Below are positions 1 through 11,112 of a DNA stretch of 64,000 nt, in pieces. A program made the position numbers and the translations under genes. The notes beneath the pieces were generated by a model. It made no database searches. It was not told the DNA's origin and was given only the letters and a program-made list of their open reading frames with translations. The DNA is taken from assembly GCA_051294905.1 (NCBI GenBank), contig CM119386.1:20584001-20648000 (forward strand), written 5' to 3'. The stretch is from Botryllus schlosseri (lineage: Eukaryota). Each line of letters begins with the position of its first letter. Position 1 is the first letter of the stretch.

Positions 1-1279
1 TTCCCGTTCGCCGATATGTCTTGGGCTGCCTCGGTCGACTTTTGGTGGCGAGAGAATTGTACTGACTTTTTTCGGGCGGGTTTCTTGTCTGCGAACATCC
101 CCTTGTCCGTGCGTGATCTACGCAATAAAGTACAGTACACTTGTAAGTAGTAGTTTTGAGACGCTTGGCGACACAGAACCGCAATATACAATCGAATATT
201 ATATTCATTTTTTACTAGTTGCTGACGATTACCACGGACGAGTGTCAGCCGAAAATAGCCAAGTTTGTTTTAATATTAATCTACTATTTAATTGTACAAG
301 TAACAGTAAATATTTAATTTTATTTGAATATTATATGAACATTCCAACTGAAGAACCTCTAGCTTTTTGATGCGAGAACCCGTGATCACATGCGTAAGTG
401 GGACCAAACATGGTCACTACAACAGTATATGCCCAATGCAAGGTGTGATACATCAGTGACGTGGGGCCAGGGGGTGAAATAGAACATTTTCCTCCCAAAA
501 TTAGCCGATTCGCATATTTAATATTCGGAAATGAAGCTCGAAGCGAAAGGTACGGCACATACGGGCCAAGCCTCACCATTGATACCGCAATTCATCGTAA
601 ATAGCATAGAATCGATAATAACTGATAATTATCGAATGTAACTGTCACACTGATACCAAAATCTAAATACTGACCGACTTCTCAATTTTTAAAGTGTTCG
701 GCGGAACATATAACGTTGCGCTACACACCTACATTTTATCGCCGGAACCAGAAAGGGACTTACAAATCAAGAACGTGGACAGCTATGGTGTAGTTTGTAA
801 TTCGAGTTTGTAATTATGGATTCCACTTCCACGGCTGTTTACTTCGCGACATAGATCAGGAAGACAATATGTATTTGATAACTGCATTGTCATCGCCACG
901 TCTGTTATTCTCTTTGATCAATCCACGTATAGTGCAATCCAAGGTTTCGAGTCGGATACATCGAATCCGCGAGTGATATTGGTCGCCGACGCGACAGTAA
1001 CTTGAATTCGGGGATTTTGAAAAGGAGGGTCCGAGCCGCTAAACATGACGACGGCATTATCTTTACCTCTCAACGACATGTTAACACGGTCATGCTTGAG
1101 ATGATTTCTCTGGTTGTGATGAAAATTTCCTAACAAATTGCTGCAATAATGATCAATTTAGTGCAAGAATAATTGTTTGGCAAAGAGTCATATTTTATAC
1201 GCAAAAGAGCCATATATGGCTCGCAAGCCATAGGTTCCCGACTGCTGCTTTATATTGACACCACGGAGTTAAGCTAGAG

Positions 1280-1964
1280 CAGTGGTTCCCAACCTTTTTG
1301 TTGTCAAGGACACCTTTAGATAATTTATTAATTCTGCGGATCGCTGCCTAGATTTCGCCTGAAATTGAATTAAAATATTATTGACCATTGGAATATTTAT
1401 TCTACTCAAGTACTGTGGGCTAGTGTGTCGAATTGTTGCCGCGGTTGCTGAAATAAGAAAGAACTAACAACAGAACGAACGATCGAACGAAAGAAAAAAA
1501 CTTAAACTAAATGCACCATTGGCACAAAATTAAAAAAATAATAATAATACTAAAATATAGAAACTAGAAGGGAGTTGGAAAATATATAAATAAAGGCAAG
1601 ATAGGCCATGCCGAAACTTTCGCAGCGTGAGCAAATTTGAATAGAAGGCTGTGGCCTGTTGCTGTCTTTCTTGAACTAAACCGCGTGCTTTCTATTTCGT
1701 TGTAGCCGAGCCAATCCTGATTTCATTTTAATTGGCATGGTGGATGCAGTATTGTAGCGTAAGGTCAATGTACGTACGCATCGTAGGTAACAGCATAGTT
1801 ATGCACACCGGTACAGGTAATTCTGGTATGCTTGAGCTTGACACATGTACATTTAAAGAGAGAAATTAAAGTAAAATGATCGCTTTTCGTTTTCTTTTTT
1901 CAAAATTCCGTAAGGTAATCACGGACCCACAAGGGGTAAGTGGACCCCATGTTGCAAACCACCG
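1280..1964. mobile_element. hAT (Charlie-like) non-autonomous MITE, 685 bp
   Basis: Imperfect TIRs CAGTGGTTCCCAAC (1280-1293) and GTTGCAAACCACCG (1951-1964); exact 8-bp TSD AGCTAGAG at 1272-1279 and 1965-1972; no ORF. Confidence 0.85.
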
Positions 1965-2198
1965 AGCTAGAGTGTAAAGTAACACTCGTTTAAATCTTTT
2001 ACCTGCAGTTGAATACTGTGGACTTCCGTTCAAGATGATTGCTACAATTTTTTATCCTTTTACCACATCATATTTACAGATCAGTACACCTTTCAATCGA
2101 AGGGTCGCATATTATATTGCTGTTTAACCGGTGCGCCAAAGCGTAAAGCTCAGCAGTCAGGACTGTGAATCATTTGCAGGATCAATTGGCTAATATAC

Positions 2199-2642
2199 TT
2201 ACGTTTTGGATTGAGACGTAATCTGTACGTTGTTGAAGCCAGGCCTCAACTGTGAATGGATGCTGAAACCCGTGACTGGAACAGTCAGAGTCTCTGGTTG
2301 TTTGGGACTATAAGCAGCTGCGTCATCAGATTTGGCGACTTGCTTAAAGCCAGCATGTTCGTCTAGGAAGGTGACTACTCCAGATGTCATGAGCATCGCA
2401 GCCTCTGATTCGTCACTGAGACGTCGCGTACGCTTTATTACGCTGGGTACGGGTTTGCGGAGGATTAAGTCAGGAACCGTCTGGGGTCGTATGGACGGAT
2501 TTTCAGTCACGGTCAATTCATAGGAGACGTCTTCTGGATTCGAATTGCCGTTTATGTCGCGAGAGTCTGATATGGTCGACCCGTCCTCTTCGCCCGACTT
2601 GAAATCCGGAAGAATCCGGCGTCTTTGCGACAGTCTGTTCAT
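2199..2642 (-). other. Possible host coding exon or decayed ORF (Ser-rich, low complexity)
   Basis: 147-aa ORF in a GC-richer island with a KRTRRLSDES motif; no recognisable domain. Confidence 0.2.
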
Positions 2643-4781
2643 CCGGGAATAAACTCCGCGGGGGCGTTGATGAGACCGTTGGCGAACAGTTCACCTTCGA
2701 TATCGTTGGCAAAGGTATTCTCTAGGTGTTGCGGCAGACCCTTCTTTGCTTTACCTGCAGAATTAGCATCATTAAGTAAGGATCAGTATGACAATACTGA
2801 GTGCGTGAGTGATCCGGTTATGAAGAGAGAATTAGGCTTCGAATCGAGTACTTAACTATCACATATGATGGCGTCGCCACAGTCCCAACGATGCAGAAAG
2901 CTCAAGTATGTACCTTTTATGCGACCTCAAAGAATACAATGGCAGTTCTACATCACATTAAAGATGATTTGGTAAATGACCAACGAATTTTGAAATCGGT
3001 GGATAAAATAATACGTCCAATATCTGCAAAGGTGACAAAAGTGGACAGGCGTCGTGCGTAATCTGAAGGTCGGAGATGTAGTTTGTATATCAAAAGAAAA
3101 TCGTATCCACGGAAACTTGGCGGAGTCGAATCCGTATAATCTCCAGAAAATGGGTTGGTCTGAAAAGCCAGGATACTCGAGGGATGAACAGACTCTATAA
3201 CTATCGGAAAGCCCACATGGAAAGGTCAATACACAAACTCATATCACTAGTTGCAGCAGACTCTCAGTCGGTTAAAACATAACGGTATAGTCGTTCTATT
3301 GAAACGTATTAAGTGTTGCGTTTACTTGGTATGGTGATAGTGGATGAATATTTTGTTAATTATGTATGCTTATCGTACGTATACGTGTCCATAGTAGTAG
3401 TTGGTGGTGTTGTTGTTGTCTGTGGATATGCATGGTGTTTGTCGACTACAATGGTCATTTACACCAGGCCAATATTAATCTTTTTTTTCGTAGCTGCCGA
3501 CTTGTAGCACGGCCCGCTTCTAAGCTTTAATAAGACGCTGCTTACACAGATGTCCATAGTTCCTAATATCCATGTATTTGTGGGTCGATCCCTGACACTG
3601 GGAGCCATTGTTATGTTCATTCGCTTACAAAACCACAATTATTTCGAATTGCATTTTCGTGGAAGCCATGTTATTGCAGGAATCTGCAGGAATATTTAAA
3701 TTTCAATTATAGGCGTCGCGGGATTCGTCTTTTATGTATGTCGATTGGACGTCCCACTTCAATGCAGTCTGGTTTGATGTTGGCGCGATGTTAGTTGCGA
3801 TGTGTCGACAGTCGGCAACAACGACCACGTTCGGGTCGCATGGGAGTAACAGCGACTAAAGTATGATTGCGACTGAAGTATGATTGCGAGAGAGATTTGT
3901 TTGTTTGATATTCATGGTCTGTCGACTACACTGTAAATCTAAAAGGTGGAAAAAATGGTAGGAAAATGGAGAAAGATACTTTCCCTCCATTTATCCACCG
4001 TATCTCCACCAGATATGGAGGAATTTAGAGGGTAGAAAGAGGGAGGAATCAATAGTCTACCATATTTGGTGGAAAACAATTATTGACATGGTGGAAATCA
4101 GAAATGACTGTTCGCAAACTGTCGTATTGCCCAATTAAAACATGACAGTCGATACTGGCTTATAGTTAATAACGTCATCAGACATGAATTTCGAGTCGAG
4201 TGTTGTTTTTTCACTCAATATAAAGTCATAGTCGCATACATTTTGGAATATTGGTAAAATAATTAATATTTCATTTACAAGTGGTTAAGTCAGTAGAGGG
4301 ATTAGTAAATTTGAAAATATCTGAATACTATTAATGGATTGTGATGATTATTTGGAGATCCTGCACGACCGTAGCATATCCAAAACCTTTAACGTATATT
4401 CTTATTGCCAATATCCTCACCAATGAACCGTGACCGGCGGTAATTCAGCATCCGGGACTCTGGCAATTTTGAATGCACGGGGAATCGGGGATATGCGCTC
4501 TCCGTCGTCAGTCAATCTGAGTTAGTCGGTCGACAGAGAAAGATATTTATATTCATTGATTGTGAGTTGATCACAATATGATTATTGTTGATTTTAGTTC
4601 ATAAGTAGCCTAATGTGATTTGCTTAATCGATTTCATATCAAGTACCGGTATCGCTTGTGACTAAAAATCCGGAACTAGTGCACTATACACCAACAATAC
4701 CCGTTCATGGTGATCACTTTATTGACTAAGTATTTTTACACGTCAACCTTTTTCTTTTATAATTCTCTCGAATTTCCATTT

Positions 4782-4980
4782 CATGACTCAGCAGATTTCC
4801 AGTTACGAGGTTTCATTTTTTTCCGTTTACGCCCATTACGTTAAATAATACAGTTAACACCTATTATAAACGATGCACTGCCTTTCATTTATGCTTCTTT
4901 ACATAACTAACTTACCATGACTTAGCATATTTCTAGTTACGAGGTTTCAGTTTTTTCCGTTTATGCCCATTACGTAAAAT
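4782..4980 (-). promoter_or_regulatory. Two ~134-bp-period direct repeats, enhancer-like, downstream of env2 of element A
   Basis: CATGACT(C/T)AGCA...AGTTACGAGGTTTCA...TTCCGTTTA(C/T)GCCCATTACG at ~4782 and ~4916; AP-1-like TGACTCA 4784-4790; minus-strand TATAAAA near 4755-4761 and AATAAA at 4718-4723. Confidence 0.5.
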
Positions 4981-5154
4981 ACTTCACTTGAAACCAATCA
5001 CAAACTATGCATCGCCGGGGTTATTTTTATATTCCCGATGCCTATCACAAGTTTACTTAAGAATTTCCCAAAGTTATAAAATTGCATCTCATACTCCCCT
5101 ATCCTAACTACATAACGAACTTACACCTAACTTCAAGAATCAATTCTCTTACCT

Positions 5155-8100
5155 TCAAATCTCGTTATCCTCTGCTGTGTTTCGTATTACCCTTATCGCC
5201 ATCCATTGACTTGTTCCGTTACGCCTCCTCGTGTTCCTCAGATGACTTAGGGTTCTACGCCGACGACATCTTATACAACCAACCCACAACACAATCACCA
5301 GAGCTATCAACCCTGTTACCACCAATATTACAACCACTGGTTCCATGATAGGTATCAGTTTCGCACCTTCCATAATAATCCTATCGATCAAGGATAATTC
5401 TCTTACCTTATATCCACCTTCCATCATCACCAGTTCGTGCAGCCATCGAGTATAGTTGTAGTCAACGAAATCTGTGGTTGTCTTCCCCGCGGTGGTTCTT
5501 GATATTCGGGAATACTCAGGAGCGGGTGTTCCCAAACTTTGGTTTTTCTGCCCAGGCGGTGGTGACGCGTCAGTCATCGTTGACTCCAAGGTAGTATTCA
5601 TCAGTTCGACACTCCTCGGGGACGAGTCGTCTTTGTCGTCTCCTGTTGAATACAAAGCAGTTGTTCCGGTACTTACCTTACGGTTGTGGTCCGGGCTTTG
5701 GTAGTCCGTTCCGATGTCGGTTCCGTCATCATCTCTGGAGTCCTGCAGCGCGTCTGCAGTGGTAATCGGATGCACTCGCGTTGTTGTGGACACCTCACCG
5801 CTGATTTTCGTCGTTCTTTCGGGTAGGTTACGTGGATTGGTTGGCAACTGTTGCTTCCAATGAGTCGAATAGGTTGGTTTGGCATTGTCATTTTCCCCCC
5901 TTTTTTTAGCCATCGATTGCGATCGCCAAGCTTGCACCAGCGTCGTTTTCATTCGCCATCCTAGAGTTAGAGATGGTAGGTGTCTCAGCGCTGTAGTCTT
6001 TGGTACTGTTGTTGTTAGCCGTTCAACGGTCACCAAATGTGCGACGTCGTCCTCCTGATCCCTTGGAATCTTGCTTGTTTCGGTATAGTTAGGTAGAGGG
6101 CTAGTCGGTATATAGGCAGTTCTATTCGCCTCAGGTGCAGTATTCCCGTCTACATCTCGATCGGAGGAAACCTGGTAGGGAACCGTAGTTCCTGCAAAAC
6201 CGGGCCAATCAGTCTCTTCTAACCTTTGGTCGGTTATTTTCGTTGGCGTGGTGGTCTCGTGAGTCATTTCTCTAGTTATTCTCGCCTCTACCGATTTCCT
6301 TTGTTTCGTCAGTTCTTTTCCCCGTTTCGTGATTACCTGGTGCGTGGGCGGGTACCTTGATAACGACATCTCTTCAGTGGCGGTCGTTACTCCTTCCCAA
6401 GTCAGATGCGGCGTCGGGAGACTGTTTGCTGGTTTCTCTTGCTCACTTGGTGTTACCCCATGTCCATTTTCCCAAGCTTCCATGGTCGTACTACCCACCA
6501 TCATCGAAGTAGTTTGCGGAACTTCGGTGGTCCATGTGGTCCTAACGCGATGGTTTCCACGGTCATCATTTGCGGTTAACATCACCGTTCGAGCGGTGTA
6601 TCTCTCCCCCGCATTATTTCTATGGGCATATGGCGTATAGACCAGGGCACCATCACAAAACGTCCCCCGATAGATCCATCGAGGCTGAAATAACTTTTCG
6701 CTCCCCACTTCTGCCTGAATCAGTTTTTGTGAGGCCATATACTTCAGAAGTATCGTATTCATTGATTTTGCTTGTTCTATTAATGTCGGTCGCAGAGTAA
6801 GGTTATACCTCATGGATAGCTCCTCAAGTTGTCCCCGTGAGACGGGTCTTTCTCGCCGCGTTTCTACGTCTTCTCTTATCCGGGCCTTTAGTTGCGACTG
6901 GCATTTATTTATTTCTTCCACGTAGTGTGCCCCAAGGCGGGATAGCCAGTTTCTAATGCCTCCTCGTCCATGTTCTTCGGGTGTCCCTCGAGACGGGGAT
7001 AGTATAAACGTTTCCCACCCTTTTGAAATCAAGCAGGAACTTTGGTTACCCATGGTTGGTAAAAGTATTTCCGTCCGCGTTCGGTTTTCAGGGGCAGCAA
7101 TTTGCATTGCACCTTGCCGAGGGTCCGCAAACACGGCCTGCCCCTCGAAAGGGTCGAATAATACTCTATTGAATAGTAAGGCTGTTTTGAGATCTCCAAC
7201 AGCCGTTGAACAAACTTGTCTATTTTCCTTTAGTCCGCACCGCGATCTATTATGCAAAAGAACTGGGTAAGAGTCATACATTGCCATGCCTGAAGGTTGG
7301 GGTCTTGCCATCGTGCGTAGGAATGCCGTATCGGTTTTTCGTCCGTCGAACATCACATGCCAATGTTCCGAATATGTCTCGTTCCTTGCTTGTAGCCATA
7401 CCAGATTCTCGCTTATCTTCGGCAGAGGAGCTCTGTCGGGCCATTGATTGCTAGAAAAGGTTCTCCGCTTATCCGGCGGGTTCCCAATAATACCGGGATC
7501 GACTTCCTGTATTACAAAATCTAGGGGCAAGAAATTCTCAACCGGTTGCTCCCCCATGAAGTAGCACTCTATACACATCACTCTACTTCGACGTTTTTTA
7601 TGAGCAACACAATGGCTGAATCTATTCTGTCCGATATCCCATCCTATATGACGCCCGAACTGATAGCGACAATTTGCTTCCACTGTTCCATATTGCTCCA
7701 ACAAGTTTATGATCATTGTCTTATATACGGTTAATCGTTGTAATGTCTCGAGGGGTAGAGAATGCAAGGCTCGGGTTTCTACGTACCTCCAGAGATGTAT
7801 CACTCCCAGTCTGCCGTTGCGTCGGTACTTTATTTTTTGAGTATAGTAGTCCGCAGGGTTCAGATCCGGTGATATCCACGACTCAGTCCTTCTGCACACA
7901 CACTCCCGTTCATACGCCCAGGTTTCGTTCCAATACCTGGCGTTTTGGGATCCTATGGATGATATGGGTGCCAGTAATTTGTATAAACTTTGCGGTGCGG
8001 CTTTCAACGGACCAAACGCCGAGTCGTCAACCTGTATCTGATAGTGACGTTGAATGTCCCTTCGAGGCCAGTCCCCTCCTAACATAAAAAGCCGTGACAA

Positions 8101-8298
8101 GGGAACTCTTTGCGGCTTTGGTGGGACGTCGAAAGGTATCCATCCCGTAAAATTAAAGTCGTCGACGGACCCCACGGTCATGGCAGATAAGGGTAGTAGG
8201 TTTTCGCCAGTTTGGGTTTTCACAAAACAAGCCCACAGGATTAACAGCAGCAATCTTTGTAGTCCTTTCCATTTGTACAGGTAGTTAATTATTGGCAT
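5155..8298 (-). CDS. Second envelope glycoprotein (type I membrane; Env-SU-like N-terminal domain, Thr/Ser-rich mucin-like stalk, C-terminal TM), 1047 aa
   Basis: Signal-like N-terminus (RLLLLILWACFV), Cys-containing ectodomain, Thr-rich region, TM VVVILVVTGLIALVIVLWVGCI, basic tail; homologue at 54969-59432. Confidence 0.85.
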   Translation of the reverse strand: MPIINYLYKWKGLQRLLLLILWACFVKTQTGENLLPLSAMTVGSVDDFNFTGWIPFDVPPKPQRVPLSRLFMLGGDWPRRDIQRHYQIQVDDSAFGPLKAAPQSLYKLLAPISSIGSQNARYWNETWAYERECVCRRTESWISPDLNPADYYTQKIKYRRNGRLGVIHLWRYVETRALHSLPLETLQRLTVYKTMIINLLEQYGTVEANCRYQFGRHIGWDIGQNRFSHCVAHKKRRSRVMCIECYFMGEQPVENFLPLDFVIQEVDPGIIGNPPDKRRTFSSNQWPDRAPLPKISENLVWLQARNETYSEHWHVMFDGRKTDTAFLRTMARPQPSGMAMYDSYPVLLHNRSRCGLKENRQVCSTAVGDLKTALLFNRVLFDPFEGQAVFADPRQGAMQIAAPENRTRTEILLPTMGNQSSCLISKGWETFILSPSRGTPEEHGRGGIRNWLSRLGAHYVEEINKCQSQLKARIREDVETRRERPVSRGQLEELSMRYNLTLRPTLIEQAKSMNTILLKYMASQKLIQAEVGSEKLFQPRWIYRGTFCDGALVYTPYAHRNNAGERYTARTVMLTANDDRGNHRVRTTWTTEVPQTTSMMVGSTTMEAWENGHGVTPSEQEKPANSLPTPHLTWEGVTTATEEMSLSRYPPTHQVITKRGKELTKQRKSVEARITREMTHETTTPTKITDQRLEETDWPGFAGTTVPYQVSSDRDVDGNTAPEANRTAYIPTSPLPNYTETSKIPRDQEDDVAHLVTVERLTTTVPKTTALRHLPSLTLGWRMKTTLVQAWRSQSMAKKRGENDNAKPTYSTHWKQQLPTNPRNLPERTTKISGEVSTTTRVHPITTADALQDSRDDDGTDIGTDYQSPDHNRKVSTGTTALYSTGDDKDDSSPRSVELMNTTLESTMTDASPPPGQKNQSLGTPAPEYSRISRTTAGKTTTDFVDYNYTRWLHELVMMEGGYKVRELSLIDRIIMEGAKLIPIMEPVVVILVVTGLIALVIVLWVGCIRCRRRRTLSHLRNTRRRNGTSQWMAIRVIRNTAEDNEI

Positions 8299-8380
8299 AT
8301 TAATTTAACGTGAAAATCTGTAATTCATATAGTTGTGTTTAGTTAAGCATGAGGGTTAAGAGAGCTTCGTCGGAGATTGG

Positions 8381-10966
8381 TTACCGTCGCACTATGGGCC
8401 TGGGCTTTACGGTGTAAGATGGTGTCGACGTTATATACATTGCAAGTTGGGCGTTAGTGTTCCGCCTTTGTACGCTAGATTTTAACTTGGGACAACATAG
8501 GCTGTGGTACCTGACACAACAGAATAAGATAATCACCGCACCCAGTACAAGTCCCAAGGGGAGGAGGATGGATCCGAGGCCCGAGAAAATGCCACTCAGC
8601 CCACTTCCAAATAGACCTCCAATTGCCCCGAGTCCCTTTTGTAGGAGGTTACCGGCACCGTTTCCGACCGATTCTATCAGACTTCCGGCACCGTTCGCCA
8701 TCTCTTCTATCGTTTTGCCAAAGTTCTTCATAAATTCTTCCCCCCCCCCAGCAAACTCGAAGGGGGCTACTGACACATTCTCGTAGCGCCAATCGGAGAT
8801 ATTTACGAACACACTTCGGTTCAGGTCTTCCTTCCATACCTGTATACTGAGATCCACTTCTTCTTGAGCCTGGTTCAGACGAAGCCTGTTGGCTCGGAGT
8901 TTACCACTGATGTCGTTTGTCTCATTCACATACGTATCTTTATAGGCAGATAACTGCTGAGCATGCTCCTGCACCCGCAATGTCCCTTTCCGAATCTGTG
9001 TAAGATAGACCTTACTCGAATCGAATATGGACTTTCCAGTCAAATTAGCCAATTCTTTCATGACCAAGCGGTCGACGGCAAGTTCAGCGTCGCTCACCTC
9101 TGTGAAACTTTGAAACTGAGCGAGGGTGATGGTAGCCTGCCGCAATATCATTTGTCGGTTTTTCTCCATCATCTTTTGCATCCACACCAGTCGTCTGTCC
9201 GTCAGTGATGCCCTCACCTCCATGTCTTCAACCAATCGGTCCAGCTTTTGTTGCTGCGCCGTTTGAATTCGAGAGAGTTCGTTTATCTTTCTTCCCAGCT
9301 CGACTGATCTTTCCGTAGCCTGGATCATTCTATCGTTGATTTGATTACTCAGGTTCTCTGTTTCTTTATGCAGTTGGGAGGATACAGTTGCGACAACAGC
9401 GACGACTGACACAACGGCAAAGATTAGTGCCAGTAGGCCGAAGAGGAATCGTTTACGTCTACGTTTCCTCCCAATCCTCCTATTATTGCGCGCGATATCT
9501 CCTTTTATTTCTATAGGACCTCCCGGAAAACGGGGTCGGTTATGCTCAGGGTCGAAGTGTACCTGATCCCAAAAGGCCGCCTTCAACTGAGGCCCCCCGA
9601 CCGGATCCTGACAGTCGCTACCACTTACCCGTTTCTGACACCTAGGATCATCTGCAACCAAAGAGGGGTGCTTTCGCCAAACAGGCAGTATGTCGTAGGG
9701 TGCGACTGGTCTTTCGGCAGGTCCGTCGAACAAATTATCCCAACCAAGCCCTTGGTCATCTTGACCCTTCCAGTTCGGTAAGGACGCCTGTATCCATCTA
9801 ATCCTTCGAGGAAAATTCGTGGTGGGCAAGTCCCCCCACTTACTCTTGTTCTGAGTCGGCCAAAGATTACACGATGGAGGATGCGCGATGTTGCGTAGGC
9901 CCTTACCGGATAAGGTTGGTGAGTGATGGACGACCTGCCAACGGTGTTCATAGTTTTCCTGGGTGATCAGTCCTGACGTAGCTCGGCAGTTCTGCATAGG
10001 ATGCCACTTACGTTCCCATGCGGATTCCGCACGAATGGTATCTATTTCTTGTATTATTATGTCTGCTTGGCTCGGTTCTAAAGCAGAAATTATCCCTGTG
10101 ATATCACAAAAAACACAGGTGCCGCGTGAACCTGGCCTTGACGACACCAGGCGTTTGTCTGACGTGCGAGTCTTCCAGTCGTAGGTTATTGAATATGTTC
10201 CGGCCCAAAGCACGTTACTCGGCCAACAATGCGCAATGCTCGAGCTACTGGCGTTATATTTATTCCATCGATCAACCCGAGTCCAGTTCCAGGTATCTTT
10301 TGTCATGCGCTCTGTCCTGCAAGTCGATCTCACCGCTGAGAACCCCGCGAATGCTCGTAACATGATCAACTTGAATTTGGTCATTGCCATTAAGGTATCG
10401 TTCACATGAGACCACTCGTCCACTTCAGCCCCAGCCTTCCATTTCTGCCTAGACGTTTCCCAGGTCTCGTCCCAAAACCACCGTATCCTGACCCCATGCC
10501 CTATTGGGCGTACGAACACAGTTTCTTGGTCAAGAACGGCAAAGGTTAGGTTCGGCGAAATTTCGCTTAGTTTTCGTTGGCATAGGCAGGTTCGTTCAAA
10601 ATCCCGTACATTCGACCAATATCGCCCTCGCGGGAACGCCATTTGCTGCAATGACACCCGTTCGGCCACCACGTAACCGAAAGATTCACTATGAAAGAGT
10701 GTTGGTCGCCTGTACACGTGACGATTCCCTGTCTTATTGAAAGCGCTCATTAGGTCGTAGGTTTCCCATTGCGTATCATTCAGCCGAACCCAGTCGTCAG
10801 GTAGTGAGCCGTTGAATTCACCCAGGGTACCCTGAGTAAAGGTTCGGGCCCTGTTTGCTACAGTATCTCCGGATCTTGGCACGAAGTCCGCCGCCTCAGA
10901 CAACAAGCAATCAGATGTGCAACTGAAACCAATAATGACAGGCAGAATATAAATAGCGTAGTCCAT
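8381..10966 (-). CDS. env: Envelope fusion glycoprotein, class I-like (SU / furin site / fusion peptide / heptad repeats / TM), ~861 aa
   Basis: True ATG at 10966 (MDYAIYIL aligns with MDHAAYIL of element C; the track start at 10993 is TTG). Signal peptide, N-glycan sequons, RKRRRKR|FLFGLLALIFAVV, long heptad region, Gly-rich membrane-proximal segment, TM, Cys-rich tail. Confidence 0.9.
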   Translation of the reverse strand: MDYAIYILPVIIGFSCTSDCLLSEAADFVPRSGDTVANRARTFTQGTLGEFNGSLPDDWVRLNDTQWETYDLMSAFNKTGNRHVYRRPTLFHSESFGYVVAERVSLQQMAFPRGRYWSNVRDFERTCLCQRKLSEISPNLTFAVLDQETVFVRPIGHGVRIRWFWDETWETSRQKWKAGAEVDEWSHVNDTLMAMTKFKLIMLRAFAGFSAVRSTCRTERMTKDTWNWTRVDRWNKYNASSSSIAHCWPSNVLWAGTYSITYDWKTRTSDKRLVSSRPGSRGTCVFCDITGIISALEPSQADIIIQEIDTIRAESAWERKWHPMQNCRATSGLITQENYEHRWQVVHHSPTLSGKGLRNIAHPPSCNLWPTQNKSKWGDLPTTNFPRRIRWIQASLPNWKGQDDQGLGWDNLFDGPAERPVAPYDILPVWRKHPSLVADDPRCQKRVSGSDCQDPVGGPQLKAAFWDQVHFDPEHNRPRFPGGPIEIKGDIARNNRRIGRKRRRKRFLFGLLALIFAVVSVVAVVATVSSQLHKETENLSNQINDRMIQATERSVELGRKINELSRIQTAQQQKLDRLVEDMEVRASLTDRRLVWMQKMMEKNRQMILRQATITLAQFQSFTEVSDAELAVDRLVMKELANLTGKSIFDSSKVYLTQIRKGTLRVQEHAQQLSAYKDTYVNETNDISGKLRANRLRLNQAQEEVDLSIQVWKEDLNRSVFVNISDWRYENVSVAPFEFAGGGEEFMKNFGKTIEEMANGAGSLIESVGNGAGNLLQKGLGAIGGLFGSGLSGIFSGLGSILLPLGLVLGAVIILFCCVRYHSLCCPKLKSSVQRRNTNAQLAMYITSTPSYTVKPRPIVRR

Positions 10967-11112
10967 TGAGGTGGTATAGGCGTCGGTCCCCAATGCATAG
11001 GCTTACTATTTTATATTGAATATGATTTAATTATTGTCTGCAAAAATAGAAACATACATTGTCCGGTTTGTGGCTAACTTCCTTTCTTTATTGCGAAAGG
11101 CTTCACTGGGCT

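Noticed and set aside
3930-4095. Purine-rich GGTGGA/TCCACC inverted motifs after ACACTGTAAA, possible MITE
   Set aside because: No matching second terminus or TSD found.
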